DNA of 64,000 bases, from contig JAGBHZ010000002.1 of NCBI GenBank assembly GCA_017935245.1, positions 27,735 to 91,734 on the forward strand. Direction: 5' to 3'. Shown piece after piece: positions 18,288 through 27,246 of the stretch. How positions within the stretch are numbered: position 1 is the first letter of the stretch; every line of letters begins with the position of its first letter. Position numbers and translations under genes: made by a program. This DNA is from Alphaproteobacteria bacterium (GTDB lineage: Bacteria > Pseudomonadota > Alphaproteobacteria > Rs-D84). The notes under the pieces are model-generated. The model was not told the DNA's origin. It saw only the letters and a program-made list of their open reading frames with translations, and did not search any database.

Positions 18288-18297
18288 GGGGAAAACA

Positions 18298-18522
18298 ATG
18301 AAAAAAATGATAATATTATGTCTTGGGTTGGGTTTGTTAGTTATTGGAACGGCAGACGCGGCATATACTCGCGGTCATATGCGTCGTAATGGCACATATG
18401 TATCAGGCTATCATCATACAACAGCAGACAAAACAAGAATAAATAACTATTCAACTCGCGGTAATTACAACCCTTATACAGGCAAAACAGGCACAAAACC
18501 ACTAACTAAATACGGGTATTAA
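18298..18522 (+). CDS. Small secreted cargo protein
   Basis: Signal peptide; NGTYVSGY...NNYSTRGNYNPYTGKTGT, a motif of a widespread small hypothetical family. Confidence 0.7.
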   Translation: MKKMIILCLGLGLLVIGTADAAYTRGHMRRNGTYVSGYHHTTADKTRINNYSTRGNYNPYTGKTGTKPLTKYGY

Positions 18523-18523
18523 A

Positions 18524-18661
18524 ATGGGAATCGGCACATTAACTCTTCTTTTTGTGATTCTTAAACTCTGTGGAGCCATATATTGGTCTTGGTTGTGGGT
18601 GTTGTCCCCACTATGGATTGGAGGTTTGCTTGCTTTGATTATAATGGGCAGCGAAAATTAA
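18524..18661 (+). CDS. 45-aa membrane protein (phage-type)
   Basis: MGIGTLTLLFVILKLCGAIYWSWLWVLSPLWIGG; not in the ORF track; the LKL.G...WSW.WV.SPLW pattern is common in phage small membrane proteins. Confidence 0.6.
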   Translation: MGIGTLTLLFVILKLCGAIYWSWLWVLSPLWIGGLLALIIMGSEN

Positions 18662-18872
18662 AACAATTTAATGGCAAGTTTTCGTTATATTCGTCATTTA
18701 CAATTTTTACACGAGTCAAAACACCATACCCACAATTATCAGACCCCGTGCCACCCCTCCCCAGGGGTCTTTTTTAACCAATATACGACACCAGAGGACA
18801 CACCATCGCAAATCAAAAACTCCGATTCTGTTCGCTTTGTTTTTCTATATTATTCCAACTTTTTCATACGAT

Positions 18873-18895
18873 TTGTTGATATACTGTTGATAAAA
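18873..18895. repeat. Putative integrase arm-type site (right)
   Basis: ttgttgatatactgttgataaaa matches 12319-12341 at 22 of 23 positions. Confidence 0.6.
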
Positions 18896-18898
18896 AAG

Positions 18899-18922
18899 AA
18901 AGACGGTAATTCTAACCGTCTT
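18899..18922 (-). terminator. Terminator supplied by the element downstream of tRNA-Gly
   Basis: aagacggt-aattcta-accgtctt with a T tract on the minus strand. Confidence 0.55.
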
Positions 18923-18963
18923 TATGTTTCTGTGTAAGTATTTGATTCTACTTACAAAAACTT

Positions 18964-19040
18964 TGGTGCGAGCAAAGGGGCTCGAACCCTCGACCTCAAC
19001 CTTGGCAAGGTTGCGCTCTAGCCAACTGAGCTACGCTCGC
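18964..19040 (-). tRNA. tRNA-Gly(GCC), integration target
   Basis: Reverse complement GCGAGCGTAGCTCAGTTGGCTAGAGCGCAACCTTGCCAAGGTTGAGGTCGAGGGTTCGAGCCCCTTTGCTCGCACCA. Confidence 0.97.
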
Positions 19041-19355
19041 ATTGCGTCGTATATATTGACATATATTTTTTCACATTGCAAGTACTTTTTTAAATTTTTA
19101 TTGCCCCGTATATAGTCTGGGCAATTTTGTTAACTTTGGCCCATGAAATACAAGAATTTATTTAAATATTCCTTTACTTTTGGTATTTTATTATTAATAA
19201 TAATGTCCAACACTAACAAATCGGTCATACAGGGCAGATAAAATATGTTAAATATAAAAAAACGTTTTAATTGAATGTGCGACCATCAGATTTAACGACG
19301 GGCGCACTTTCCATGCGTCCGTTTTTTATAAACAAAAACCAAGGGAAAACAAAAA

Positions 19356-20831
19356 ATGTCAGAAAATACAACGAATACATCGATTTCAACAAATGAATTG
19401 ACGGCACGTTTACAAAAGGCTGAAAATATCCGTGCCCGGGGCGGTGTTGTATGGAAAGACGAATTTGACCGCACACATACAATCGAATCCGCACGTGATT
19501 TGGCGGATGGTACCGCGGTGCGCCTGGCGGGGCGTGTAACGGCGCTGCGTTGGTTGGGCAAATTAATGTTTGGTCGTATTTATGACATTAATGGTGAAAT
19601 TCAGTTTTCTATGTCCCGCGAAGAATTAGGCGAAGAAAATTACAAATTTATGAAGGCAAACGTTGACTTGGGTGATTTTGTTGGCCTGACGGGTGAATTG
19701 TATCACACAACGGCGGGCGAATTAACGGTTCGGGTGTCGAAATATGAAATCCTGGCCAAGGCCCTGCGTCCATTGCCGGAAAAGTATCACGGCCTGACCG
19801 ATATGGAAACCAGATATCGCCAGCGTTATTTGGACATCATTTCAAACCCAGATGCACGCAATGCCTTGCTGGGGCGGTTCAAGATGACACAATATTGGCG
19901 TGATTATATGAACCGTAATGGTTTCTTGGAAATTGAAACACCGGTATTACAGAATATCGCATCCGGTGCGGCCGCGCGTCCATTTACCACACACCACAAT
20001 GCACTGGATGCAGATTTTCAGTTGCGTATTTCGCCTGAATTATTCTTGAAACAGGCAATCGGCGCCGGTTTTGACCGCGTGTACGAGGTTGCCAAAGATT
20101 TCCGCAACGAAGGTATGGATGCCACCCACCTGCAAGAATTTACAATGGTTGAATGGTATGCGGCATATTGGGATTACAAAGACAATATTAAATTCACATG
20201 GGATTTGGTCCAAGAATTGATTATGAAATGTCGTGGCACACTGCAAATTGAATACCAGGGCACCCCATTGGATTTCAGTAAATATGAAATGATTGACTAT
20301 ACGGCGAAAATGAACGAATTTTTTGGCTGTGATATCTTGGATTTTGATGATGTCGATGCCCTGCGCCAGAAGTTGGTGGATAACGGTATGTTCCCGATGG
20401 CGGAATTAGAAGATTTAAAATCTATCCCGACATTGGTTGATTATGTATATAAACGCAAAATCCGTAACGATATTATAAATCCAACGGTTTTGTATAATTA
20501 TCCGGCGTATATGGTGCCATTGGCGCGTCGCAATGACGCGGACGAACGTCGCATCGATATGTATCAATTGTTGGTATGTGGCGCCGAAATATGCAAGGGG
20601 TATTCAGAATTAGTCAATCCAATTCAACAATTGGCCGCATTCGAAGAACAGGCCCGTAATATTTCTAACGGCGACGAAGAAGCCTTTAATCCCGACAACG
20701 ACTTTGTTCGTGCAATGGAACACGGGTTCCCACCGATTTCCGGTGTTGGTATGGGGGTTGACCGCTTGGCCAGTATTATATTTGACCAACCAACCCTGCG
20801 CGATATTGTGTTATTCCCAATGATGAAATAG
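19356..20831 (+). CDS. lysS: Lysyl-tRNA synthetase, class II
   Basis: OB-fold anticodon domain, KALRPLPEKYHGL, YRQRYLD, LRISPEL, FRNEG, GMGVDRL. Confidence 0.95.
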   Translation: MSENTTNTSISTNELTARLQKAENIRARGGVVWKDEFDRTHTIESARDLADGTAVRLAGRVTALRWLGKLMFGRIYDINGEIQFSMSREELGEENYKFMKANVDLGDFVGLTGELYHTTAGELTVRVSKYEILAKALRPLPEKYHGLTDMETRYRQRYLDIISNPDARNALLGRFKMTQYWRDYMNRNGFLEIETPVLQNIASGAAARPFTTHHNALDADFQLRISPELFLKQAIGAGFDRVYEVAKDFRNEGMDATHLQEFTMVEWYAAYWDYKDNIKFTWDLVQELIMKCRGTLQIEYQGTPLDFSKYEMIDYTAKMNEFFGCDILDFDDVDALRQKLVDNGMFPMAELEDLKSIPTLVDYVYKRKIRNDIINPTVLYNYPAYMVPLARRNDADERRIDMYQLLVCGAEICKGYSELVNPIQQLAAFEEQARNISNGDEEAFNPDNDFVRAMEHGFPPISGVGMGVDRLASIIFDQPTLRDIVLFPMMK

Positions 20832-20840
20832 GGGGGCATC

Positions 20841-22241
20841 ATGAACGATACACAACCCGATGGTAATGCACAATCGCTTACCCTGGAACGGGACAGAAAG
20901 AATTTATCAATAATTGACAGGGCCCTTGAATCTGGTCGCATTAATGACGAAGCCGCCGAATACCTGCGCACATTGTATAGCGACAGCATGATTTTATTTC
21001 GCGAGGTTTTTCATGTCCTGGGCAAATCATTTGGTGCGCCAAAAACCGCCGTTATGCAGTATGACTATGCCACGGATTCGGTTGTGGATGAACCAATCAA
21101 GATATCTGATATTAATCCATTGTCGCCATATTTGGTTCAACATCGTCTGGATGCAGATCCCATGCGTAATCAATTTTTTGCCATTTTACCCGGGCATAAA
21201 ATTGAATTATCGGTATCGTCAATTGTAACGGTTATTGTTGCCGCCCAGAAACGAATTGAACGTGCGCTGGATAAAATTACCGGCAAATATTATCGTGATT
21301 ATGTAAACGATGTTGCGCGTGCGGCGTATCGCGTGTTAATTGCCGATGGTCGTGACGCATCCGCCCGTGCAATTTCGGACAAAATTCACGCGGTGTTTAA
21401 TGAAAAATATATCAGTAATGCATCAGAAACTGTTTTGTCGATTATTGGTCGTGGGCATGAAAAAATCGCGGTTGAAATGGTACGTGCCCTGGATAAAATT
21501 GAGAAGCCACATCACAGATTACAAGATGTTTGGCGTGTAAAATGTCTGTTTGACTTAATCCCCCAGGCACGAACATTTATTGAACGCCTGTATTCGGCGA
21601 TGCCCGAACGCATAATTTCCAGTCGGGATAAATTTTATGACATGGCCAACCCGCGTAATTATCGTGATGCCAAGATTATATTAAATATTGGACATGGCAG
21701 TACCATTGTTCCAATGGAAATCATATGCCAGGTTCGTACATTTTTTGAATTCGAAAGCAAGACGCATATTGCATATGAAACGGCACGTAAATCAAAAAAT
21801 GCAAAATCGGACAATATCGAAGCTAAATTGGCAACATATATGGAAAATGGGGTCAAAGCATACAATCAAATGATATGCCAGTGTCTAGAAGACTTATTTG
21901 ATCGTATCGGCTGGAATATTTTATATGCCCAAGATAATGGGAATTCGATGTTCGAAGGATTCCCGCACGAATGCAAACTGTATTATCCGCAAAAAATTCT
22001 GGATAATATAAACGAGAAACTAGATGACGCCATCGAGAACGAGGTCTTTCGTGTTGAAAATGCACCGGCTAAACTAACGCCGCATCAGCAATCCAAGATT
22101 TTCCATTTTATGGCGCGCTTTGTTTTGGTATCGGCAATGCCATATATGCAACATGATTGGGCCATGTCGCCCAAAACCCAGGCGGGCAAATTATTTAACT
22201 TTGTCATGACCGAGGTCCAGCGTTACTACAAGAAATCATAG
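20841..22241 (+). CDS. Hypothetical protein with a divergent RelA/SpoT-like nucleotidyltransferase core
   Basis: Ordered motifs RALDK, LQDVWRVK, NYRDAK, MEIICQVRT, THIAYE. Confidence 0.5.
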   Translation: MNDTQPDGNAQSLTLERDRKNLSIIDRALESGRINDEAAEYLRTLYSDSMILFREVFHVLGKSFGAPKTAVMQYDYATDSVVDEPIKISDINPLSPYLVQHRLDADPMRNQFFAILPGHKIELSVSSIVTVIVAAQKRIERALDKITGKYYRDYVNDVARAAYRVLIADGRDASARAISDKIHAVFNEKYISNASETVLSIIGRGHEKIAVEMVRALDKIEKPHHRLQDVWRVKCLFDLIPQARTFIERLYSAMPERIISSRDKFYDMANPRNYRDAKIILNIGHGSTIVPMEIICQVRTFFEFESKTHIAYETARKSKNAKSDNIEAKLATYMENGVKAYNQMICQCLEDLFDRIGWNILYAQDNGNSMFEGFPHECKLYYPQKILDNINEKLDDAIENEVFRVENAPAKLTPHQQSKIFHFMARFVLVSAMPYMQHDWAMSPKTQAGKLFNFVMTEVQRYYKKS

Positions 22242-22243
22242 AA

Positions 22244-22267
22244 AAAAATCCCCACACGGGGATTTTT
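22244..22267. terminator. Bidirectional terminator
   Basis: aaaaatcccc-acac-ggggattttt between convergent genes. Confidence 0.75.
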
Positions 22268-23073
22268 TATTTTTGATTTTGGTTTGATTGATTGCGGGAT
22301 TGAATGTTGTGCACATCAAACCATGTTTTTAAAACCTGGGCCAATTGCACCATCATATTGCCAAAATCTGGATGGCCGGCCAACCGTTCCCATAAAATTG
22401 GGAATTTACTGGGGTCTTTGTGAACACTGTATTCATCCAACATTTGTCGTGTTGAATTAGATAGCAACATGCGCATCCCCAGTGTAACAATTGTTGGGGC
22501 AATGTCCAGGTGCCGGTTAATTCGTTCCATTGCCGGGATATATTCGTTAATACTAAAAGAAGCGTCATTATTACGACGAAACAATTCATGAATTTCGTTG
22601 ATTGGCATTTTTTGTTGAACGTCTATGCGGTTTTTAGGCCCCAGGGCATTGTACATATTATACACATAGCGCCCAAAATCAGCCGAAAAATTATCTGAAC
22701 TGGTCCAATCTGTGTGTATGAAACGTCCATTAATCTTTATGCTTTTGCCAACATGGGTAGCAACAACCTTGTCCATTGTTCCCATGGCATACGTGTCAAT
22801 CCAACCATGTTTTGCCAACGCATTCCATAATTTATCCATATATTTCAATGGCGTAAAGCTTTCGCGTCTGTAACGAATGCCAATATTACTTATCCACATG
22901 AACATAACCAGTGATGCCACCGCATCATTCAGTACGGCATCCAACGCATCTGGTTTTTTTGTAAAAATATCATCCAGTGCCAACATGTATTCATGCACAG
23001 AATGCGCAAAAACATCCGTAATGATACGGTCTGGTCTGATATTTTCAAAACTTAACACTTTTTTATTATCCAT
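22267..23073 (-). CDS. Hypothetical protein
   Basis: About 268-aa ORF filling the gap between 20841-22241 and rnj; no motif recognised. Confidence 0.7.
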   Translation of the reverse strand: MDNKKVLSFENIRPDRIITDVFAHSVHEYMLALDDIFTKKPDALDAVLNDAVASLVMFMWISNIGIRYRRESFTPLKYMDKLWNALAKHGWIDTYAMGTMDKVVATHVGKSIKINGRFIHTDWTSSDNFSADFGRYVYNMYNALGPKNRIDVQQKMPINEIHELFRRNNDASFSINEYIPAMERINRHLDIAPTIVTLGMRMLLSNSTRQMLDEYSVHKDPSKFPILWERLAGHPDFGNMMVQLAQVLKTWFDVHNIQSRNQSNQNQK

Positions 23074-23244
23074 TTGTGTCCCCCAAATCATACATAAATA
23101 TAGTGCAAAATATTATTTTGTCAACATTAATCTAAATATTCTTGCAAATTTACAAATATGGTAGTATCATCACTGGGTTGATTATAAATGAACAACAAAA
23201 ATCCCATGTCTTTATTAATCAAAATAAAATACCATGGGTATGGC

Positions 23245-23311
23245 GCACGGCCGTTGGATTCACTACGAATAAAGTTTTTTCTTTATTGGCAATGAATTTT
23301 TATGGCCGTGC
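23245..23311 (+). promoter_or_regulatory. Long hairpin in the rnj leader
   Basis: gcacggccgt/atggccgtgc, attca/tgaat and aataaag/ctttatt nested helices. Confidence 0.5.
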
Positions 23312-23345
23312 ATAACACTAACACGTAAAAAAGGATAATTTATAA

Positions 23346-25145
23346 ATGGTAAAAGTACGTGAAAAAAAATCTGCGCCAGTGAAAAAGGGCGCAAAACCAA
23401 AGACACCGGAAAAGATTTCTGGTATGAATAAACATGAAAACGATAACAATGACGATAAGATATATTTTATGGCCCTGGGTGGCTTGGAACACATCGGCCA
23501 GAATATGTATGTATATAAATATCGCGGTAAATATCTGGTTGTTGATTGCGGTATGGGATTCCTGGACGAAGAAATCGGCGCCGGTGATGTTCAGTACTGT
23601 GATACAACATGGTTGGAAAAACGCCGCAAAGACGTTGTTGGTTTTGTCGTAACCCATGGCCACGAAGATCATATTGGGGCATTAAAATACATTTGGCCAA
23701 AATTTAGAAAGCCAATCTATTGTACGCGTTTCCCGGCGGAAATTTTGCGCCGCACATTTCGTGGTATTGAAATGGACTTTAACGAAAAAACAGATATTGT
23801 TGAATTTGATCATAATGGTGCGACGCTGGACCTGGCGCCATTTACGGTTGAAACATTTCATGTAACACACAGTATTCCCGAAGCGCAAATGTTAATCATT
23901 TCAACCGATGCGGGTAAAATTCTGCATACGGGGGACTGGACATTTAACGATGATATTCCAATCGAAGCCCCAACAGATTTTGCGCGTTTGCGTGAAATTG
24001 GGTCTGATCCAAAACTGTTGGCGTGCATGTGCGATTCAACCAATGCCTCGCGCCAGACCAAACAAACAACTGAAACCCAGGTTCGTGAAACATTAACCGA
24101 GATTATGAAAAATGCGCCGGGTCGTGTAATTGTAACCGGATATTCACGCAGTCTGGCCCGCATCAAAATGTTTGCTGAGGCCGCCCGTGCCGCCGGCCGT
24201 GTTGCCGCAATCAAAGAACGCACAAATCCAAATCCGGTTCCATATGTTGGATTACCAGAATTTCGTGAAATCGGGATGGATTTAGGATATCTAAATCGGG
24301 ACGAGATTTATACCCACGCCGAAATCAAAGATTTGCCCGCCGAAAAACAGGCAATCTTTATGACCGGGTCCCAGGGTGAAAAATTTGCGATGTTAACGCG
24401 TCTGTGCCGTGGCCAGGTTAAAGAAATGAAATTAATGCCGACCGATACAGTGTTGTTCAGTTCGATTATCATCCCCGGCCGTGAACAAGATGTTTCGTTC
24501 TTGTACAACAAATTGGCGCGTATGGGTATAAAAACACACACGATTTTCGATACAGACAACCTGCACGCCAGTGGCCATGCCGGTCGTCCTGAATTGGAAA
24601 AATTCTATGACATGGTCCACCCCCAGGTATCTGTTCCGATGCATGGTGATTACATTAACGAAATGTTAAATGGTAAAATGGCGATGGAACGTGGTGGTGC
24701 GAAACATATGATGGTTGTGCACAACGGCGAAATGGTCGCATTCAGTGATGGTGCCGAACCATACGTTGCCGAAACAATCGAAACATCCTATGTCGTGATG
24801 GAGGGTGAAACCGAACGCAGTGCCGACGACCAGGTTTATAAAAACCGTCGTAAAATTGCGTCAAACGGTGCCGTGTTTGTAACATTACCGGTTGACAAGC
24901 GTGGCTTCCTAAAAGGCGTCCCCGAGGTTTCCAGTGCCGGTATCTTTGAATCTGACACAACTGGATTTATGAAACGCCAGATTCAGATTGAAATTACCAA
25001 GGCGATTGATTCCCTGACCAAGGCCGAACGCAAAGATCGCGACAACCTGGTCCGTGCGGTCCAGGCGGCATCAAACCGTGTTGTTCGTGCGTCCCTGGGG
25101 GCGGATAAAAAGCCACAATACAGTGTGCACTTTATCCAAAAATAA
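23346..25145 (+). CDS. rnj: Ribonuclease J
   Basis: ALGGLEHIGQNM, THGHEDHIG, HSIPE, HTGDW, TGSQGE, HASGHA, PMHGD. Confidence 0.95.
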   Translation: MVKVREKKSAPVKKGAKPKTPEKISGMNKHENDNNDDKIYFMALGGLEHIGQNMYVYKYRGKYLVVDCGMGFLDEEIGAGDVQYCDTTWLEKRRKDVVGFVVTHGHEDHIGALKYIWPKFRKPIYCTRFPAEILRRTFRGIEMDFNEKTDIVEFDHNGATLDLAPFTVETFHVTHSIPEAQMLIISTDAGKILHTGDWTFNDDIPIEAPTDFARLREIGSDPKLLACMCDSTNASRQTKQTTETQVRETLTEIMKNAPGRVIVTGYSRSLARIKMFAEAARAAGRVAAIKERTNPNPVPYVGLPEFREIGMDLGYLNRDEIYTHAEIKDLPAEKQAIFMTGSQGEKFAMLTRLCRGQVKEMKLMPTDTVLFSSIIIPGREQDVSFLYNKLARMGIKTHTIFDTDNLHASGHAGRPELEKFYDMVHPQVSVPMHGDYINEMLNGKMAMERGGAKHMMVVHNGEMVAFSDGAEPYVAETIETSYVVMEGETERSADDQVYKNRRKIASNGAVFVTLPVDKRGFLKGVPEVSSAGIFESDTTGFMKRQIQIEITKAIDSLTKAERKDRDNLVRAVQAASNRVVRASLGADKKPQYSVHFIQK

Positions 25146-25161
25146 AATATATTAATCAAAA

Positions 25162-25187
25162 AAAATCCCGCCACACGGCGGGATTTT
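25162..25187. terminator. Bidirectional terminator between rnj and ackA
   Basis: aaaatcccgcc-acac-ggcgggatttt. Confidence 0.75.
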
Positions 25188-25196
25188 AAATACTGA

Positions 25197-26438
25197 TTAT
25201 TTTATAAACGAATAATCCATTTCCAAATGATTTGGATTATATGTACCGTTCATAATTGCCAACGTATCTTCGACAATTACCAGTTCTTCGTTTGTCGCAA
25301 TCATAAGGATTTTTACGCGACTGTCGTCTGTGCTGATTACGGCCTGGTCAACACCCTTGCGCGCCAGGGCCGCCGCGTTCTTTTCTTTGTCCAGTTTGAT
25401 TCCCAATTCTTCCAAACCGGTGCAGAATTTTTCGCGCAGATAATCATCATTTTCGCCAACGCCGGCGGTAAATACCAATGCATCAACATGCCCCAATTCG
25501 GCCATATATGCACCAATGTATTTTTTTACATTGTGCACTTCCATATCAATGGCCAACCGGCACAGGTCGTTTTCATCTTTGTTACCTTCGACATCGCGAC
25601 GATCGGCAAAGCATTCTGTAATACCCATCAGGCCTGAATCTTTGTTCAGATGTTTTTGCATTTGGTCGGCGCTCAACCCCAGACGGTTCATTACATACAA
25701 TACAACACCTGGGTCTAAATCGCCTGGACGTGTACCCATTGTTAAACCCGACAATGGCGTCATTCCCAATGATGTATCAACGCATACGCCGTTACGGATT
25801 GCCGTGGCCGATGCGCCCGAACCAATATGTAATGTAATCAGGTTGCATTGATCTGCGGGTTTGCCCAACATTGCGGCCGCGCGTTTTGAAACGTACAGGT
25901 GGCTTGTCCCATGGAATCCATATCGACGAACGCCCAATTCGCGATACCATGCACTGGGCACTGCATACCGATAGGCATAATCCGGCATAGTCTGATGGAA
26001 TGCGGTATCAAACACGGCAACCTGGGTTGCGTTTGGCAATAATTGTTTTGCGGTTACGATACCCATTAACGCCGATGGGTTATGCAGTGGCGCAATCGCC
26101 GACAATTCATCGATTGTACGAATAACTTCGTCATTAATTTCAACCGACGATGCAAATTTATCACCACCCATAACAACGCGATGTCCAACACCCTTGATTT
26201 CGTTCAGGTCAATTGACGCTTCGCGCAGCATAAACAGAACAACGTTCAACGCTTCGTCATGATTTTTCATTGACGTTTCTTTTTTCTGTTTTGTGCCATC
26301 TGGATATTTTTGCGTTACAAAAGAATCCGCCAGCCCAATTTTTTCGACGTTTCCGCCAACAATGGCCTGTTTAGAATCCGCGTCAAAAACCTGGTATTTT
26401 AAAGATGAAGAACCACAGTTCAATGCAAGTATATACAT
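25197..26438 (-). CDS. ackA: Acetate kinase
   Basis: LNCGSSSLKYQ, APLHNP, FDTAFHQT, RRYGFHGTSH, TAGVGEN, TNEEL. Confidence 0.95.
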   Translation of the reverse strand: MYILALNCGSSSLKYQVFDADSKQAIVGGNVEKIGLADSFVTQKYPDGTKQKKETSMKNHDEALNVVLFMLREASIDLNEIKGVGHRVVMGGDKFASSVEINDEVIRTIDELSAIAPLHNPSALMGIVTAKQLLPNATQVAVFDTAFHQTMPDYAYRYAVPSAWYRELGVRRYGFHGTSHLYVSKRAAAMLGKPADQCNLITLHIGSGASATAIRNGVCVDTSLGMTPLSGLTMGTRPGDLDPGVVLYVMNRLGLSADQMQKHLNKDSGLMGITECFADRRDVEGNKDENDLCRLAIDMEVHNVKKYIGAYMAELGHVDALVFTAGVGENDDYLREKFCTGLEELGIKLDKEKNAAALARKGVDQAVISTDDSRVKILMIATNEELVIVEDTLAIMNGTYNPNHLEMDYSFIK

Positions 26439-26492
26439 TTTGTCCCCTTTGCTTATTTAACGGGCACAGCATAGCAAACGTTTTTAATGTTT

Positions 26493-27071
26493 TCAACAGT
26501 AAACATAGAACTTTATTTTCCAATTTTCTGGCACGATATTTGTTGCAATACCGGTTGTTTTATTGCAAACCCAAAATGCATTATTTGCAACGTATATTCG
26601 TACGTGCAGACCGTTTTCATCAATCCATGCGTTTGGCCGTGGATTGGCATATGCACCAATACCAAATGCCGATACCACATCACCAATTGCATATCCGGCA
26701 TCTGGTGATTGGCAAACACATACTGTGTTGACAACAAAGGGAATCTGCGTAATTGTTCCAAACACATATTCAATGGCCGATGTATTGATGTTTATATCTA
26801 TGTCGCGTGATTCATATTTTGAAATTGCCGATGGTGCAAATCGGGCAATTGTTTCCGCCCAGAATTCATCAGACACCGTTGTGATGTCAAAATCTTCGCC
26901 GGTACCGTTGGGTATTTGATCGGCCCGCGCCAGCATCACCCCCCCCAGTGTTTCACCATCGTGCACGCGCAGTGTTTTTGCGTCCATATCCATGGTAACT
27001 TCGCCCGGCATTCCGGTAAAATTATTGTGTTCGGCACCACTGCCACGTCTTAGTTGTATTATTTTACTCAT
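26493..27071 (-). CDS. Orphan protein with a phage tail-fibre (Mtd N-terminal-like) domain
   Basis: IQLRRGS...FTGMPGEVTMDMDAKTLRVHDGETLGG; start at MSKII with RBS aagga. Confidence 0.6.
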   Translation of the reverse strand: MSKIIQLRRGSGAEHNNFTGMPGEVTMDMDAKTLRVHDGETLGGVMLARADQIPNGTGEDFDITTVSDEFWAETIARFAPSAISKYESRDIDININTSAIEYVFGTITQIPFVVNTVCVCQSPDAGYAIGDVVSAFGIGAYANPRPNAWIDENGLHVRIYVANNAFWVCNKTTGIATNIVPENWKIKFYVYC

Positions 27072-27246
27072 ATTGTTTCCTTTTGTTCTTTTTTTAGCCA
27101 AAAAAATCCCCGCCATTATATGGCCCAGGGCACAAAAAAACACCGCCATGTTCGGCGGTGCTAATGCAACCATTATATCACAAATCGCCACAAAAATCAA
27201 GCCGCAATGGATGATTTTGGACTATCGGGTAATTTCCACGATTTGT

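Larger units (their letters stand above)
12143..19011. mobile_element. Integrated phage-satellite (PICI-like) element in tRNA-Gly, about 6.9 kb
   Basis: 48-bp direct repeats at both ends, tyrosine integrase, AlpA-like HTH, DUF3631-like protein, TerS-like gene; no capsid or tail genes; visibly more AT-rich than the flanks. Confidence 0.88.

Noticed and set aside
18671-18937. 88-aa ORF at the right end of the satellite
   Set aside because: No RBS or motif; it overlaps the arm site and the tRNA terminator.
19226-19253. Chromosomal dif site (atatgttaaat resembles the XerD arm)
   Set aside because: The left arm has no resemblance to a XerC arm at 6-bp spacing.
26493-27071. Diversity-generating retroelement target
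   Set aside because: No reverse transcriptase, TR/VR repeat pair or C-type lectin domain is visible in the window.
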